In this document: one piece after another, positions 41,812-52,059 of the stretch
Layout: every line of letters starts with the position of its first letter
How positions within the stretch are numbered: position 1 is the stretch's first letter
Source: an uncultured Rivularia sp.
GTDB lineage: Bacteria > Cyanobacteriota > Cyanobacteriia > Cyanobacteriales > Nostocaceae
DNA length: 64,000 nt
Reading direction: 5' to 3'
Assembly: GCA_963665115.1 (NCBI GenBank)
Contig: OY762007.1
Coordinates: forward strand, 3,840,001 to 3,904,000
Position numbers and translations under genes: made by a program
The notes under the pieces: generated by a model
Database searches by the model: none
Told to the model about the DNA's origin: nothing
What the model saw: the letters and a program-made list of their open reading frames with translations, nothing else

Positions 41812-43321
41812 TTAACCGATCGGCGATCGCCCGAAAAATTCCACAAAATTCTTCATGCGTTGGGATAATTCGGAATTCATCGCTTCACTTCGATAGCGCC
41901 AATCCCAGTTACCTTCTCCTTGACTAGGAATATTCATTCGAGCATCGGAACCCAATCCCAAAATATCCTGCAAGGGGAAAATCGCTACATTTGCAACCGA
42001 ACCCATTGCCAAACGAATCAAATCCCAATGCACTCCATCCGGGCTTATAGAACCTAGATAGAAATTTAAGTTGTGTTTTTCCGTATCGTTGGCTTTTTCG
42101 TACCAACCGACGGTAGTGTCGTTATCGTGAGTACCCGTATAAATTACACAATTAGTATCTTGTACGTTGAAAGGTAAATAAGGATTGCTGGCATCTCCAC
42201 CAAAAGCAAACTGCAAAACCTTCATACCGGGAAACTCGAATTTATCGCGTAAAGCTTCAACTTCTGGGGTGATAGTTCCCAAGTCTTCTGCTAATACTGG
42301 TAAAACACCAAGCTGCTGTTTAATAGTTTCAAACAACTTGTCTCCGGGAGCCTTTAACCATTCTCCATTGATTGCAGTTTCTTCACCCAAAGGTACAGCC
42401 CAATAAGCTTCAAATCCCCGAAAATGGTCGATACGAATAATATCAACATAATCGAGCATCGCTTCAAAACGCTGCACCCACCACTTAAACTTTTGCTTTT
42501 CCAACTGCTCCCAATCGTAAACCGGATTTCCCCACAATTGACCAGTTGCGCTAAAGTAATCCGGTGGTACACCAGCCATTAACGCAGCTTCTCCAGTTTC
42601 CTTATCCAAAGAAAAATTATCAGGATTTCCCCAAACATCGGCGCTATCGTGAGCTACATAAATTGGAATATCACCGACAATTTCAACATTGCGATCGTTA
42701 GCGTATTTTCTCAATTCCGACCACTGACTATAAAATTGGAACTGAAGAAACTTGTGATAAAAAACTTCCGAATCTAAATCTTTTTTCGCCTTTTCTATCG
42801 CTTCAGGTTTGCGCTTGGCAATACCTTCATCCCAACTATTCCAGCTTGCGCCCCCGGTACTATCCTTGAGCGCCATAAATAAACTATAATCATCCAGCCA
42901 ATAAGCCTTGGAATCGCAAAATTCTTCAAATTCTTTGAGTTGTTCTTTTGTATGATTAGCTTTGAAATTAGAACAAGCTTTTTTCAACAAAGGAGTTTTA
43001 GTCGATTCTACCTGCTGATAATCCACATTATCCAGCGGAAATTCAGGTAAATTAGCAAAATCATCATCACTCAATAAACCTGCACCGTGCAACTTATCCG
43101 GGCTAATCAACAGCGGATTACCCGCTAAAGCTGAATAGCACATATAAGGAGAATTACCAAAACCAGTAGGCCCCTAAAGGTAGAATTTGCCAATACTTTT
43201 GAGAACCATCGTTGAGAAAATCAATAAAACGGTAAGCTTCATGCCCCAAATCGCCAACACCGAAACGGCTGGGAAAACTAGTAGGATGAAGTAAAATACC
43301 GCTGCTTCTAGGAAAAGACAT
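41812..43321 (-). CDS. malQ: 4-alpha-glucanotransferase (apparent +1 indel at CCCC 43171..43174)
   Basis: N-terminus MSFPRSSGILLHPTSFPSRFGVGDLG...WQILPLG from ATG 43321 lies in a different frame from the rest (RIDHFRG, AEDLG, TGTHDN). Confidence 0.93.
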
Positions 43322-43509
43322 AAATAATCCTGACTATAAAAAAAGCATATCCAATCGAATTTATCATAATAGTTGTTAGTTGTTAGTGGTTAGTTGTTAG
43401 TTGTTAATTGTTAGCACTTAGTTGTTACCAGTTTAAAATTATTTATCCTTGTCCCCTTGTCTCCCCCCTCTCCCCCCTCTTCCCCCTCTCCCCCATGCCC
43501 AAATAAATT

Positions 43510-43938
43510 ATGACTTACCGAAATCCCGCTCCAACAGTAGATATCATCATCGAGTTAATTGATAAACCACATCGACCAATAGTATTAATCGAACGTCATA
43601 ACGAACCATTCGGTTGGGCTATTCCTGGAGGTTTTGTCGATTATGGGGAAGCTGTAGAAACGGCAGCAAAAAGGGAAGCTTTAGAAGAAATTGGTTTGGA
43701 AGTAGAGTTAGTAGAGCAGTTTCACGTATATTCCGATCCCAAACGAGATCCGCGCAAGCATACGATAAGTATTGTGTTTATTGCCACTGCAAAAGGCGAG
43801 CCGAAAGCAGGTGATGATGCCAAAGATGCAGCGATTTTTGAATCTTGGAATGTACCTGGTAACTTATGTTTCGATCACGATCGGATTTTGCGCGATTATT
43901 GGCGATATCGGCATTATGGGATACGTCCAAGGGTTTAA
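43510..43938 (+). CDS. NUDIX hydrolase (ADP-ribose pyrophosphatase-like)
   Basis: GGFVDYGE...[20 protein letters not shown] and FDH. Confidence 0.92.
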   Translation: MTYRNPAPTVDIIIELIDKPHRPIVLIERHNEPFGWAIPGGFVDYGEAVETAAKREALEEIGLEVELVEQFHVYSDPKRDPRKHTISIVFIATAKGEPKAGDDAKDAAIFESWNVPGNLCFDHDRILRDYWRYRHYGIRPRV

Positions 43939-44004
43939 GATTTTAGATTTTAGATTTTGGATTTTGGATTTTCGTAATAGAGTTTATTTTAACTGGCGGT
44001 TCAT

Positions 44005-44110
44005 CTCGTTCCCAGACTCCGGCTGGGAATGCATTTCAGAGGCTCTGCCTCTTTTTTATCTGGAGGCAGAGCCTCCCAGAATGGGTTCCCAGCCAGAGGC
44101 TAGGAACCAG
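44005..44110. repeat. Palindromic dispersed element
   Basis: CTCGTTCCCAG...CTAGGAACCAG ends with an internal GAGGCTCTGCCTC / GAGGCAGAGCCTC pair. Confidence 0.7.
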
Positions 44111-44200
44111 TTACAAAGTGAAACCCAAAATCCTATATTGAGTCACCTTTAACACAAAAAAACGCGATTATACTGGGTAAATTGTATTCAAAGGTGCATG

Positions 44201-44936
44201 ATGAACGCTGAAGAACTTTTAGAAAAATATAAAGCTGGTGAGCGAACTTTTAAAGAATTAAACCTCAGAGGATGGAGCAGATTTAGCAGCAGCAAACCTA
44301 AACAGCGCAAAGCTAAATAAAGCCTGCCTTCAAAAAGCAAATTTAGAAAGAGCCGATTTACAAAACACCAACCTCACCAAAGCCAACTTAAATAACGCCA
44401 ACCTAAAAAAAGCAGATTTAACCAACGCGAATATTTATGGTGCGACATTTGAAAATGCAGACCTAACTGGTGCGATAATGCCAGATGGGGAAATCTATCA
44501 AGCACAGATGGAATCCTATCAACCAGAAAGTTCTCAGGTGGAATCTATGACTCGTAAAGTTATTAAAACTAATAATGCACCCGCACCCGTAGGGCCTTAC
44601 AATCAAGCTGTGATGGCTTCGGGACAAATGCTTTTCGTTGCTGGACAAATTGCTATCGATCCTAGAGCGGGTAATGTTGTCTACACTGACGATGTGACGA
44701 AGCAAACTGAACAGGTAATGACTAATTTAGAAGCTATTTTAACTGAAGCTGGCGCTACTTTTGAGAATGTCGTAAAGACTACCGTATTTTTAAAAGACAT
44801 GGGTGATTTTGCTGCGGTGAATGCAGTTTATGCAAAATACTTTGATGAAGCAACCGCTCCAGCACGGGCTTGTGTTGAGGTTTCTCGTTTACCAAAAGAT
44901 GTTTTAGTGGAAATTGAATGTATTGCGATGGTTTGA
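44201..44936 (+). CDS. ridA: Pentapeptide-repeat/RidA fusion with a frame break near 44270; the RidA domain (44508..44936) is intact
   Basis: [15 protein letters not shown] start. [15 protein letters not shown] repeats from 44271 are in frame with [11 protein letters not shown]...GQIAID...[11 protein letters not shown]...VEIE. Confidence 0.8.
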
Positions 44937-45275
44937 AGAGGGAGTAGGGAGTAGGGAGTAGAAAGTAGGGAGTAGGGAGTAGAAAGTAGGGAGTAGGGAG
45001 TAGTGTTTTTATAATTGTAAATAGCTAAATGTTGTTTTTAACACATAAAATAATATCAATAGTTTTCCGAAATAGATTAATTTAAAGTTGATTCTATAAT
45101 CAAGTAGATTTAACGAATAAATTTTTGAGGTGGGCTTTGCTCGCCTTTTTTATTTGAAGAGAATAGGCAACAGTAAACGGGGAACAGAAGAATATTTGCG
45201 ATTAATATTGCGATTAATATTTATAATTTAGGTGCATATAAAAATAACTCTCTTTCTTCTATTACCCATTACTTA

Positions 45276-47009
45276 TTACCTATTACTATTACCCTCTTTA
45301 TAATTACAACTCTGCTTTAACCAAGTAAAACGGAATGTGGTACCTCGATTAAGTTGGGATTCTAGTTTAATTTTGCCGCCTTCTGTTTCAATAATCTTTT
45401 TAACAATTGCTAAACCAATTCCGGTACTATCATTTTTATCTTTTGATTCGAGAGTTTGGAAGATAGCAAAAATTGTATCGTGATATTCGAGGGGAATGCC
45501 GGGGCCATCATCTGTTACACTAAATTCATAAAATCTTTCTGAATCTTGAACTGATATTTCTATTTTTCCATCGGAACGATGATGATGCTTGATTGCATTA
45601 CTAATTAAGTTTGCAAATACCTGTTGTAAAAGTATTTTTCTACCTTGCAAATTAGGCATCATTGGACTAATCACTATCTTAAATTCCGATGATGGATGAA
45701 GAGAACTAATTATTTCTGATAGCAAATCCGCTACAGATATGCTTTCTATCGCTATCTGAGTTCTTCCGACTCTAGAGTAATTTAAAAGACTATCTATTAA
45801 ATTTTGCATATGGTGCAATCGCGATCGCAACATATCAATATGAGTTCGGGTTTCTGGTTCGACTTTATCGCCCAAATCATCTTCAATCCAAGACGAGATA
45901 TTGCCTATTGCTCGTAATGGTGCTTTCAAATCGTGAGAAACTATATAGGCAAACTGGTCAAGTTCTTGATTGCGCTGCTTATATTGATTGGTCATTTCTA
46001 ATAAGCTAGCATTCGTTTGTAGCAAATTCTCTTCACTTTCACGTAATGCCGCTTCTTTACGCTTGCGCTCTGCTAGTTCTTGCTGAACTTGATGATATAA
46101 TTCTGATTGATGAATGGCTATACTAATTTGAGTTGCTAATTGTTCGAGCAATTCTATTTCTAATTGCTGCCATTTTCGAGATGTCGAACAATGATGAGCA
46201 ATTAATAAACCCCACAAACCTTTATCTAATAAAATCGGTACGACTAAATTGGCTTTTACCTGAAACTGAGTCAACATATCAACGTAACATTGACTGAGTT
46301 TTTTGTTATCAATGTCTGATACAACTCTTACACGTCCTTTTTGATAATGTTGAACGTAACTTTCCCCAAAGCAGGGGTCGTATATTTCTTTTGATAATAT
46401 GGAAATATATTCGGGAGCTACAGATTCACTAATTGCTTCACCACTCCAATCTTTATTAAAGCGGAAAATTACTACTCTATCGGTTTGCAAAAATTTTCTA
46501 ACTTCCGAAACAGTAGTATCAAGAACTCGATCTAATTCCAGAGACTGACGAATTTGTTGAGTGATTTGCAATATTAAACGTTCGCGTTGGGCTTGCTGTT
46601 CGATTTTAGCCCGTAAATTAGCCGTTTGAATTGCGGTATCTACAGCGAATCGCAAACCTTCAGATGTAATTCTACCTTTCACAAGATAATCTTGCGCTCC
46701 TCCTTTAATCGCTTTTACAGCTATTGTTTCATCGCCGTGACCTGTAAGAAGGATAATAGGTAAATGCTTTAAATAAGGCTTCGCTTTTAATTCTGCTAAA
46801 AGTTCCAAACCATTAAAGTCTGGTAGCATAAAATCTAGTAAAATTGCATCTGGATTTTGCGTTGATAACTCTAAACCCTCTTCCCCTGTTTCGGCTTCTA
46901 ATATGGTGTAACTGTACTTATTATCTTGTCCAAGGTATCGTCGATAAATCTCTCTGTCTTCGAGACTGTCATCTACAATAAGCACAATCCGGTGCTGATT
47001 TTGGGACAT
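45276..47009 (-). CDS. Hybrid sensor kinase: REC, cyanobacteriochrome-type GAF, HisKA and HATPase
   Basis: LIVDD/LLDFMLPD receiver; GAF with DPCF and CY plus LWGLLIAH; SHDLKAPL; N, G1 and G2 boxes. Confidence 0.9.
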   Translation of the reverse strand: MSQNQHRIVLIVDDSLEDREIYRRYLGQDNKYSYTILEAETGEEGLELSTQNPDAILLDFMLPDFNGLELLAELKAKPYLKHLPIILLTGHGDETIAVKAIKGGAQDYLVKGRITSEGLRFAVDTAIQTANLRAKIEQQAQRERLILQITQQIRQSLELDRVLDTTVSEVRKFLQTDRVVIFRFNKDWSGEAISESVAPEYISILSKEIYDPCFGESYVQHYQKGRVRVVSDIDNKKLSQCYVDMLTQFQVKANLVVPILLDKGLWGLLIAHHCSTSRKWQQLEIELLEQLATQISIAIHQSELYHQVQQELAERKRKEAALRESEENLLQTNASLLEMTNQYKQRNQELDQFAYIVSHDLKAPLRAIGNISSWIEDDLGDKVEPETRTHIDMLRSRLHHMQNLIDSLLNYSRVGRTQIAIESISVADLLSEIISSLHPSSEFKIVISPMMPNLQGRKILLQQVFANLISNAIKHHHRSDGKIEISVQDSERFYEFSVTDDGPGIPLEYHDTIFAIFQTLESKDKNDSTGIGLAIVKKIIETEGGKIKLESQLNRGTTFRFTWLKQSCNYKEGNSNR

Positions 47010-47646
47010 AATCGATTTTAAAGGTAATGTCTTCACTTCATCTAAACTGCTACGTATCTGCGAATACTGTCGAAAATAGCTTGAATGTAACTATTAAAGT
47101 TTATAATGCAACAGCAGAAGAGTTGAAGACGTTACGCTACGAGATTTTTGATAATTAATGTATTTAGATATAAATCTAATTTTAATTTTAATTTAAACCT
47201 ATACTCTGTCTCTTCAAAAATAATTTTTTGAAAAACTAATTTTAGAAAGAGAAAAAAATCGGTAACTCAATTCCTATGCGAGTTCAAAACTCGGATATTT
47301 TGAGAGCATACCCTCGAAAAAACGCCAATACTCTTGTGCAACGAACAACTTGTCGATCTAAGCAAGTTTTTCGATAGATTCTTAATAATTCTATATTATA
47401 TTAAATTTGTTGTAATTAGTTGAGCGGTAAAACACTTAATCTGTATAAAATAAATATTTATTAAATAAGATGATGAAATGATTGCAGAAAATATCTATCT
47501 TTGGCAGTAAGATAAAATAGTACGTCACACGCACTACTCGCGGCTATAAAAACAAAAAAACCCGGTTTGTTCAAAAAACCGAGTTTATTAATATTGTTAT
47601 ATCAATTCTGAAATCCCGAAAATTATTGTTTAACTATCATTATTCT

Positions 47647-48768
47647 TTAATTGAAATTGTCTTCTGCTGTCGCTGATGTTTCTGACTCCGAAGGTGATTC
47701 TTCTGTATTCTCGGAAGGTGCTTCTGGAGTAAACTCAAATTCACGATTCTCTGAAGGTTGCTCCGTTTGATTATTGCTAGGAATAATAACATCCGATTCG
47801 GGAGCAGCTTCAACTGTTGTTTCTTGTGTTTCTGGCTGCTGTTTTTTAGATGAAATAATTTCTTCCATCAACTCTTCAATTACTTCCGTTTGCTCAACAT
47901 TACCTTGCTTGCGATATTGTTTGTGAGCGCGTTTGAGAACTTGCTGTGCTTTCTTATATTCACCTTGCTTGTAGAAAGCTACTCCCAATTTGTAATAAGC
48001 AGAAGGATTATCTGGAACTTTACGAATCGCTTGAATATAAGTGTCAATCGCTTCCGGAGTTTGCCCTCTAGCTGCTAATAAATTACCTAAATTATTGTAT
48101 GCTGCAACATTTTTAGGACTTAACTGCAAAACTTCGCGGTAGGCAAGAATAGCTTTACCTGTATCTCCTTGTTCTTGTAAAGCTAAACCTAAATTAAAAT
48201 AAGCATTAGGATTGCTTTTATCTAGATTAATTGATTGCTGATAAGCGGCGATCGCTTCTTCGTTTTGCCCTTGTTGATATAATGCCAAACCTAAATTATA
48301 GTTTGCATTAGCCATTGTTGGCTCAACTACCAATGCTTGACGGTAAGCAGTAATTGCAGCTTCATTTTGTCCTTGCTTATGCAGAGCTAAACCCAAATTA
48401 TAGTAAGCCTCAGCCAAATTAGGATTGAGACGAATCGCTTCCCCATACTCCTGTACGGCTGCATCCAAACGATTTTGCTTTAAAAAGATATTGCCTAAAT
48501 AATTTCGCGCCGAGCCAAGATTAGAATCGCGACTCAAAGCAGCCCGTAAAGCCAACTCAGCCCCTTGGAAGTCACCGCTGTTGTAGCGCATAACCCCTTG
48601 CTGAAACAAACCAGCAGCTTCCAAATCTTGAGTAACAGCAGTTTGCGCCGAAACTTTATTTCCAGGTAACTCAGCAATAGTTAAGCCAATCAACGTAGCA
48701 CAGGAACAAAATATTAAAGGAACAGAAGCGCGAATAATACGCTTAATTTGTGAAAATTTTTGAGACAT
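47647..48768 (-). CDS. TPR-repeat protein with a signal-like N-terminus
   Basis: Repeated AYYNLGLAL...EAI.AY..A motifs and an acidic tail. Confidence 0.9.
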   Translation of the reverse strand: MSQKFSQIKRIIRASVPLIFCSCATLIGLTIAELPGNKVSAQTAVTQDLEAAGLFQQGVMRYNSGDFQGAELALRAALSRDSNLGSARNYLGNIFLKQNRLDAAVQEYGEAIRLNPNLAEAYYNLGLALHKQGQNEAAITAYRQALVVEPTMANANYNLGLALYQQGQNEEAIAAYQQSINLDKSNPNAYFNLGLALQEQGDTGKAILAYREVLQLSPKNVAAYNNLGNLLAARGQTPEAIDTYIQAIRKVPDNPSAYYKLGVAFYKQGEYKKAQQVLKRAHKQYRKQGNVEQTEVIEELMEEIISSKKQQPETQETTVEAAPESDVIIPSNNQTEQPSENREFEFTPEAPSENTEESPSESETSATAEDNFN

Positions 48769-48986
48769 TCTAAGCTTTCCCCGCACTTATTATTAGATGC
48801 TATTTAAGTTAGAATGCCCAATGTGAAGGGGAAAATTGAACTTTTTTAATAATTTTTTTTTAAGGAGATGGGGGATGGGGAGATGGGATGATGGGGAGAC
48901 AAGGGGAAAATAATAACTCCTAACTCCTCACTATCCTCCATGCCCAATTACCAATCCCCAATTGATAATTGATAATTGATAATTGT

Positions 48987-50193
48987 TCATTGTTCATTGA
49001 CAACTGCTTCTGGCAATATCAACATCGCATCACCAAAAGAATAAAAACGATATCGGGATGCAATTGCTTCTTGGTATATATTCAACAGTCTTTCTCTACC
49101 AATTAAAGCGCTGACTAACATCAACAAACTTGAGCGTGGTAAATGAAAGTTGGTAATCAAACCTTGTACAACTTTCCACCGATACCCCGGATATATAAAT
49201 AAGTTGGTTTCGCCGCAAAATGGCTGCAATCCCCCTTCCCCAGTCGCGGCTCCTTCTAATGTTCTTACAACTGTCGTTCCCACGGCTATAATTCTTCCAC
49301 CTTTGGCTTTAGTTTCGCGGATTTTCTCTACTGTCTCCGCTGGTACTTCAATCCACTCTCCATGCATTTCATGGGTGGTTACGTCTTTTACTTCCACAGG
49401 GCGAAAGGTTTCCCACTCCGACGTGTAAGGTGACGAAAGCTCGATTAATCCCGGTTTCTTGCAACTTTTCTAATAGCTCAGGAGTAAAATGCAATCCCGC
49501 TGTCGGTGCTGCAACTGCTCCCGGATTTTCGGCGTAAACTGTCTGATATTGCTGGCTTTGTGCTTCACTCGCTGTAATGTAAGGCGGTAAAGGTACTTCA
49601 CCAAATTCTTCTAATAGCTGTATTAATGACATTCCCGGAGGTACGTCAAATTGTAATAACCTTCCTCCGGTAGCTTCGTCTGTCTCTAAAACCGTAGCTA
49701 CTAATTCTTTAACAGTCTTTAAACTATCTTCCTTGGCTGCAAAAACTATCTCGCTACCTTTTTTAAATCGCTTTCCCGGTTTCACCAAAGCCAACCAACA
49801 ATTCTGCTGCTTTTCTTCCAATAACAAAACTTCTACCTGCGCTCCCGTAGATTTACGTCCGTAAAGTCTCGCTGGTATGACTTTTGTATCATTCATCACT
49901 AATAAATCTCCCGGACGAAGAACTACTGGTAAATCTCTAAAAATACAATGGGTTGGTATATTTTTTATACCAGTGTCTAGAGAATCTACTACCAATAATC
50001 GCGAACTATCTCTAGGAACGGCAGGGTTTTGAGCAACCAGTTCGGGAGGTAGATTGTAGTCGTATCCATCTAGAGAACGGTCTAAATTGATAGCGGTATT
50101 ATCTGTATTTGAAGAGTAAGAACTGCTGTCGGTGTCAGTTTGCGAGTTGGAAGGATTAGATTTTCCGATGTCCGGTATTTGCTGCATTCCCAT
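48987..50193 (-). CDS. queA: S-adenosylmethionine:tRNA ribosyltransferase-isomerase (apparent +1 indel near 49410)
   Basis: LPPYI and [10 protein letters not shown], then TLHVGVG|TFRPV broken by one extra A. The second half has [16 protein letters not shown] and [10 protein letters not shown]. Confidence 0.93.
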
Positions 50194-50429
50194 GATTGGT
50201 TTGATAATTAAAAAAATATAGATTATAGTTTATAAAAGAAATCTCGACTATCAGCCCTAAGTAAGATTAAGCATATTACATCTGCACGAATTTTAAGTAA
50301 TACGCAAAATCTACGATAAAAATTGGGTAAACCTCCCCATCGAAAAACGGGGGCTTTTACCCTACCGAATGCATGGGTCTATATATCAATAATAGAGATG
50401 TAGAATTGGTTTTAATCCCAAGCACCAAC

Positions 50430-50819
50430 ATGGAATACTTGTATTACCTGGCTAATGCCAGTTTAACTTTAAGGGTAGTTCAATATTTGCATGGTAGACC
50501 CCGGATACCTGTTTCCTTCATCACCGTAATTCATCAGATAGATGGTTGGGTAGTTAGAGTTAAGCTTGATTATCCGATTAGCAATAATGAAGATGGGGAT
50601 GTTCGCGCTTTCTTAAACGAACTAGGAATTCGCTACGAACCTCCAATGCGTGTGCAAATGGCGCTGTGGAGTTTAGAAGCCCAACAGAATCCGGTTGAAG
50701 TTATGCGTCGCTATCAAGTGGCCATTGTTTCTCACGGTAGCCCTGACAAAGAAGAAATTGAAGCATTTCGACAACAATTCGTTAGAGGATTGGGTTACTG
50801 TCCGGAAACCCTGGCGTAA
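50430..50819 (+). CDS. Conserved-looking cyanobacterial hypothetical protein
   Basis: Clean ORF MEYLYYLANASLTLRVV...GLGYCPETLA. Function not recognised. Confidence 0.75.
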   Translation: MEYLYYLANASLTLRVVQYLHGRPRIPVSFITVIHQIDGWVVRVKLDYPISNNEDGDVRAFLNELGIRYEPPMRVQMALWSLEAQQNPVEVMRRYQVAIVSHGSPDKEEIEAFRQQFVRGLGYCPETLA

Positions 50820-50906
50820 TAATTACTGCTATATCTTGCTATCACAATTGAATAATTATTAATTGATAGTCAGTAATTAATGTTTTTCTATATATCACTA
50901 ATATTG

Positions 50907-51362
50907 CTAGTTGTCAATTAAATATTCAAATGCTGCTCGAATGTATTCTTGTAACGTTAAATAGTATCCCGATGACGATAAACTCGCTATTGCATTTGTT
51001 TTAGTGATTTTTCTCTGACAGCAAACAATGGCGACATCAAATCGACAGGGATAGTCAGCTTTTTCAGGATATTTTGCCAGAAACATCGCAGCAGTGCGAC
51101 AAAGTTTAATTTGCTTTGGAAGTGCGATCGCCATTCTTCCACCAGCATCCCAGTTACCCGGAGAGCGGGTTTTAACTTCGACGAATACTAGTATCATCGT
51201 GCCCGAATCATCTTCCCTTTGGGCAATAATATCAATTTCTCCCCAACGACAGCGCCAGCGACGATGCAAAATCAGCCAATCAGTAGATTCCAGCCATTGG
51301 ATTACTAGGTCTTCACCTAAAGTGCCGATATCGGGATAATCTGAGGAAGGATGGTTTGCCAT
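50907..51362 (-). CDS. YraN family (UPF0102) protein
   Basis: GEIDII, LVFVEVKTR and CRFDV. Confidence 0.9.
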   Translation of the reverse strand: MANHPSSDYPDIGTLGEDLVIQWLESTDWLILHRRWRCRWGEIDIIAQREDDSGTMILVFVEVKTRSPGNWDAGGRMAIALPKQIKLCRTAAMFLAKYPEKADYPCRFDVAIVCCQRKITKTNAIASLSSSGYYLTLQEYIRAAFEYLIDN

Positions 51363-51378
51363 GAGCAGTTAAATTATC

Positions 51379-51885
51379 ATGATTTTTACTAAAAGCAATT
51401 GGATAATTGTAAGTATAGTTAGTTTATTGTTTTGGGGAATGGCTTCTATATTGCCATTAAGTCTAACTCCCCAAGCTTTTGCACTGGATTACAACAAAGA
51501 AATATTAATCGAAGCTGATTTCTCCAATCAAGATTTAACCGATTCGAGTTTTACCAAAGCAAATCTTCGCGATAGCAACTTTAGCAATTCTAATTTGCAA
51601 GGTGTCAGATTTTTCGCAACTAATTTGGAGTCAGCTAATTTGACAAATGCGAATCTGAGATTTGCAACTTTAGATTCTGCACGTTTAGTCAAAGCAGATT
51701 TAACAAATGCAGTTTTAGAAGGTGCCTTTGCATCTAACGCTAGATTTGACGGTGCAATTATTGACGGTGCTGACTTTACCGATGTGTTGTTACGTGCCGA
51801 CGAACAAGATAAATTGTGTAAATTAGCCAAAGGTACCAATCCGACTACAGGAAGAGATACCCGCGATACTTTGTATTGTAGTTAA
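51379..51885 (+). CDS. Exported (lumenal) pentapeptide-repeat protein
   Basis: Signal peptide AFA|L, A(N/D)Lxx repeats and a C-terminal LC...[16 protein letters not shown]. Confidence 0.9.
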   Translation: MIFTKSNWIIVSIVSLLFWGMASILPLSLTPQAFALDYNKEILIEADFSNQDLTDSSFTKANLRDSNFSNSNLQGVRFFATNLESANLTNANLRFATLDSARLVKADLTNAVLEGAFASNARFDGAIIDGADFTDVLLRADEQDKLCKLAKGTNPTTGRDTRDTLYCS

Positions 51886-52059
51886 ATATTTATGATATAG
51901 AGTTTACCTACTAATTACTCACTTCCCGGCTTTATGATTACCGGCGTTGAGTGAGGGGGGAGAGCAGCTACTTGCGGGGGGTTTCTCTCCGTTGAGCAAA
52001 GTGGCGTGGGGGAAGAGGGGGAAGAAAATTCTTAACTCTTAACTCCCAATTCCTAACTC

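Noticed and set aside
43772..44152. 126-aa + strand ORF
   Set aside because: It is out of frame with the NUDIX gene and runs through TTTTAGA repeats and a palindromic element.
49405..49418. G-GGA-AAC slippery heptamer at the queA break, suggesting a programmed frameshift
   Set aside because: That motif promotes -1 shifts, but restoring QueA needs +1. A homopolymer error is simpler.
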